Below are positions 63,359 through 64,000 of a stretch of 64,000 nucleotides of DNA, one piece after another. The first letter of the stretch is position 1. Every line of letters starts with the position of its first letter. The DNA is from Adineta vaga. Its lineage: Eukaryota > Animalia > Rotifera. The position numbers and the translations under genes are program-made. The stretch covers positions 10,230,001 through 10,294,000 of the forward strand of contig CP075496.1 in assembly GCA_021613535.1 (NCBI GenBank), given 5' to 3'. The notes beneath the pieces were generated by a model that was not told where the DNA came from, searched no databases, and saw nothing but the letters and a program-made list of their open reading frames with translations.

Positions 63359-64000
63359 TTAGTCTTTTGTGGATATCATTGGATTATCATAAGCACCATC
63401 GATTGTTCTATTGATGGCAATAGTTGATGAAGATAAAGTTTGTGAATCAGGAGGAATTGTTTGTACACTTGAACTAGGATGAAGCGTATTGTATCCTTCT
63501 GATGGTGTTAATTCGAGATCATTTTCAACCTGAAAGTAAAGAAAAATGTAACTTTATTCCATAAAGCTTTTTCTTCTAATGATAGACATACTTTATTTTC
63601 AACATATGCTTCTTCTTTTACACCACATCGAAGCCAATCACGTATTCGTTTCGGTAAACAACAGCAAAATACATCACTAACAGGTATAAGTAATTTTGGA
63701 TCGATTTCATTAGGTTTAAGCGGATGAGTTAAGTATGAAACAATTAAACCAACAACTAAAACAGTACCAACAGCAATGGGTGTATACCACATATAACTTA
63801 TTGAATAGAAATCAAGTAGCGGATTAGGTCTAAAACATATAAATAAGAATTTCAAAAATTTGATACATTTTTGTTCAATATCTAACTTTATTGGTGTTGA
63901 TATCGTCGTAGTGATATTGATTGGAATAGAACAATGAGCAACTGATAATGGAAGACGTTCACTTTTCATTTGTTTCTTTGTAATTTGTGCACCCAAAAAA
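63359..64000 (-). CDS. SLC5 sodium-coupled transporter (SMVT/SMCT-like), 3' end only
   Basis: GAQ...LPLSVAHC; FYSISYMWYTPIAVGTVLVVGLIVSYLT...IDPKLLIP. Last exon ends ...YDNPMISTKD*. Runs off the window. Confidence 0.88.

Noticed and set aside
1-64000. CRISPR arrays, rRNA/tRNA genes, intact transposons
   Set aside because: No repeat-spacer array, structured RNA gene, transposase/RT ORF or terminal repeats recognised by eye; the window is eukaryotic.

Overview
Eukaryotic, very AT-rich, gene-dense window with many short (~50-70 nt) GT-AG introns. The gene style (intronless 'ERH'-type orphan GPCRs, B-box/coiled-coil heads, bacterial-type enzymes carrying introns) suggests a bdelloid rotifer; this is inference. 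Recognisable genes: FPGS, three orphan GPCRs, two LRRC74-like genes, a PAN+ZP-domain gene, RNase T2, SIN1/MAPKAP1, OPA1, a Ser/Thr dehydratase, a long ankyrin-repeat TRP channel, an EEP-family hydrolase, a claudin-like gene, tectonic, IFT20 and the 3' end of an SLC5 transporter. The most striking locus is 21.2-29.3 kb. It holds three intronless paralogues of a putative MavL/DUF4804-like macrodomain (ADP-ribosyl hydrolase fold): one stand-alone and two fused to different TRIM-like B-box/coiled-coil heads. The copies show mosaic gene-conversion tracts, and one has lost predicted catalytic-loop residues. They are flanked by a bacterial-type RNase T2 and a decayed RBR ubiquitin ligase. The window also contains several gene relics (EEP, RBR, membralin-like), two apparent single-base frameshifts and a possible X-box-driven IFT20-tectonic operon. 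All family assignments come from motif recognition, not database searches.
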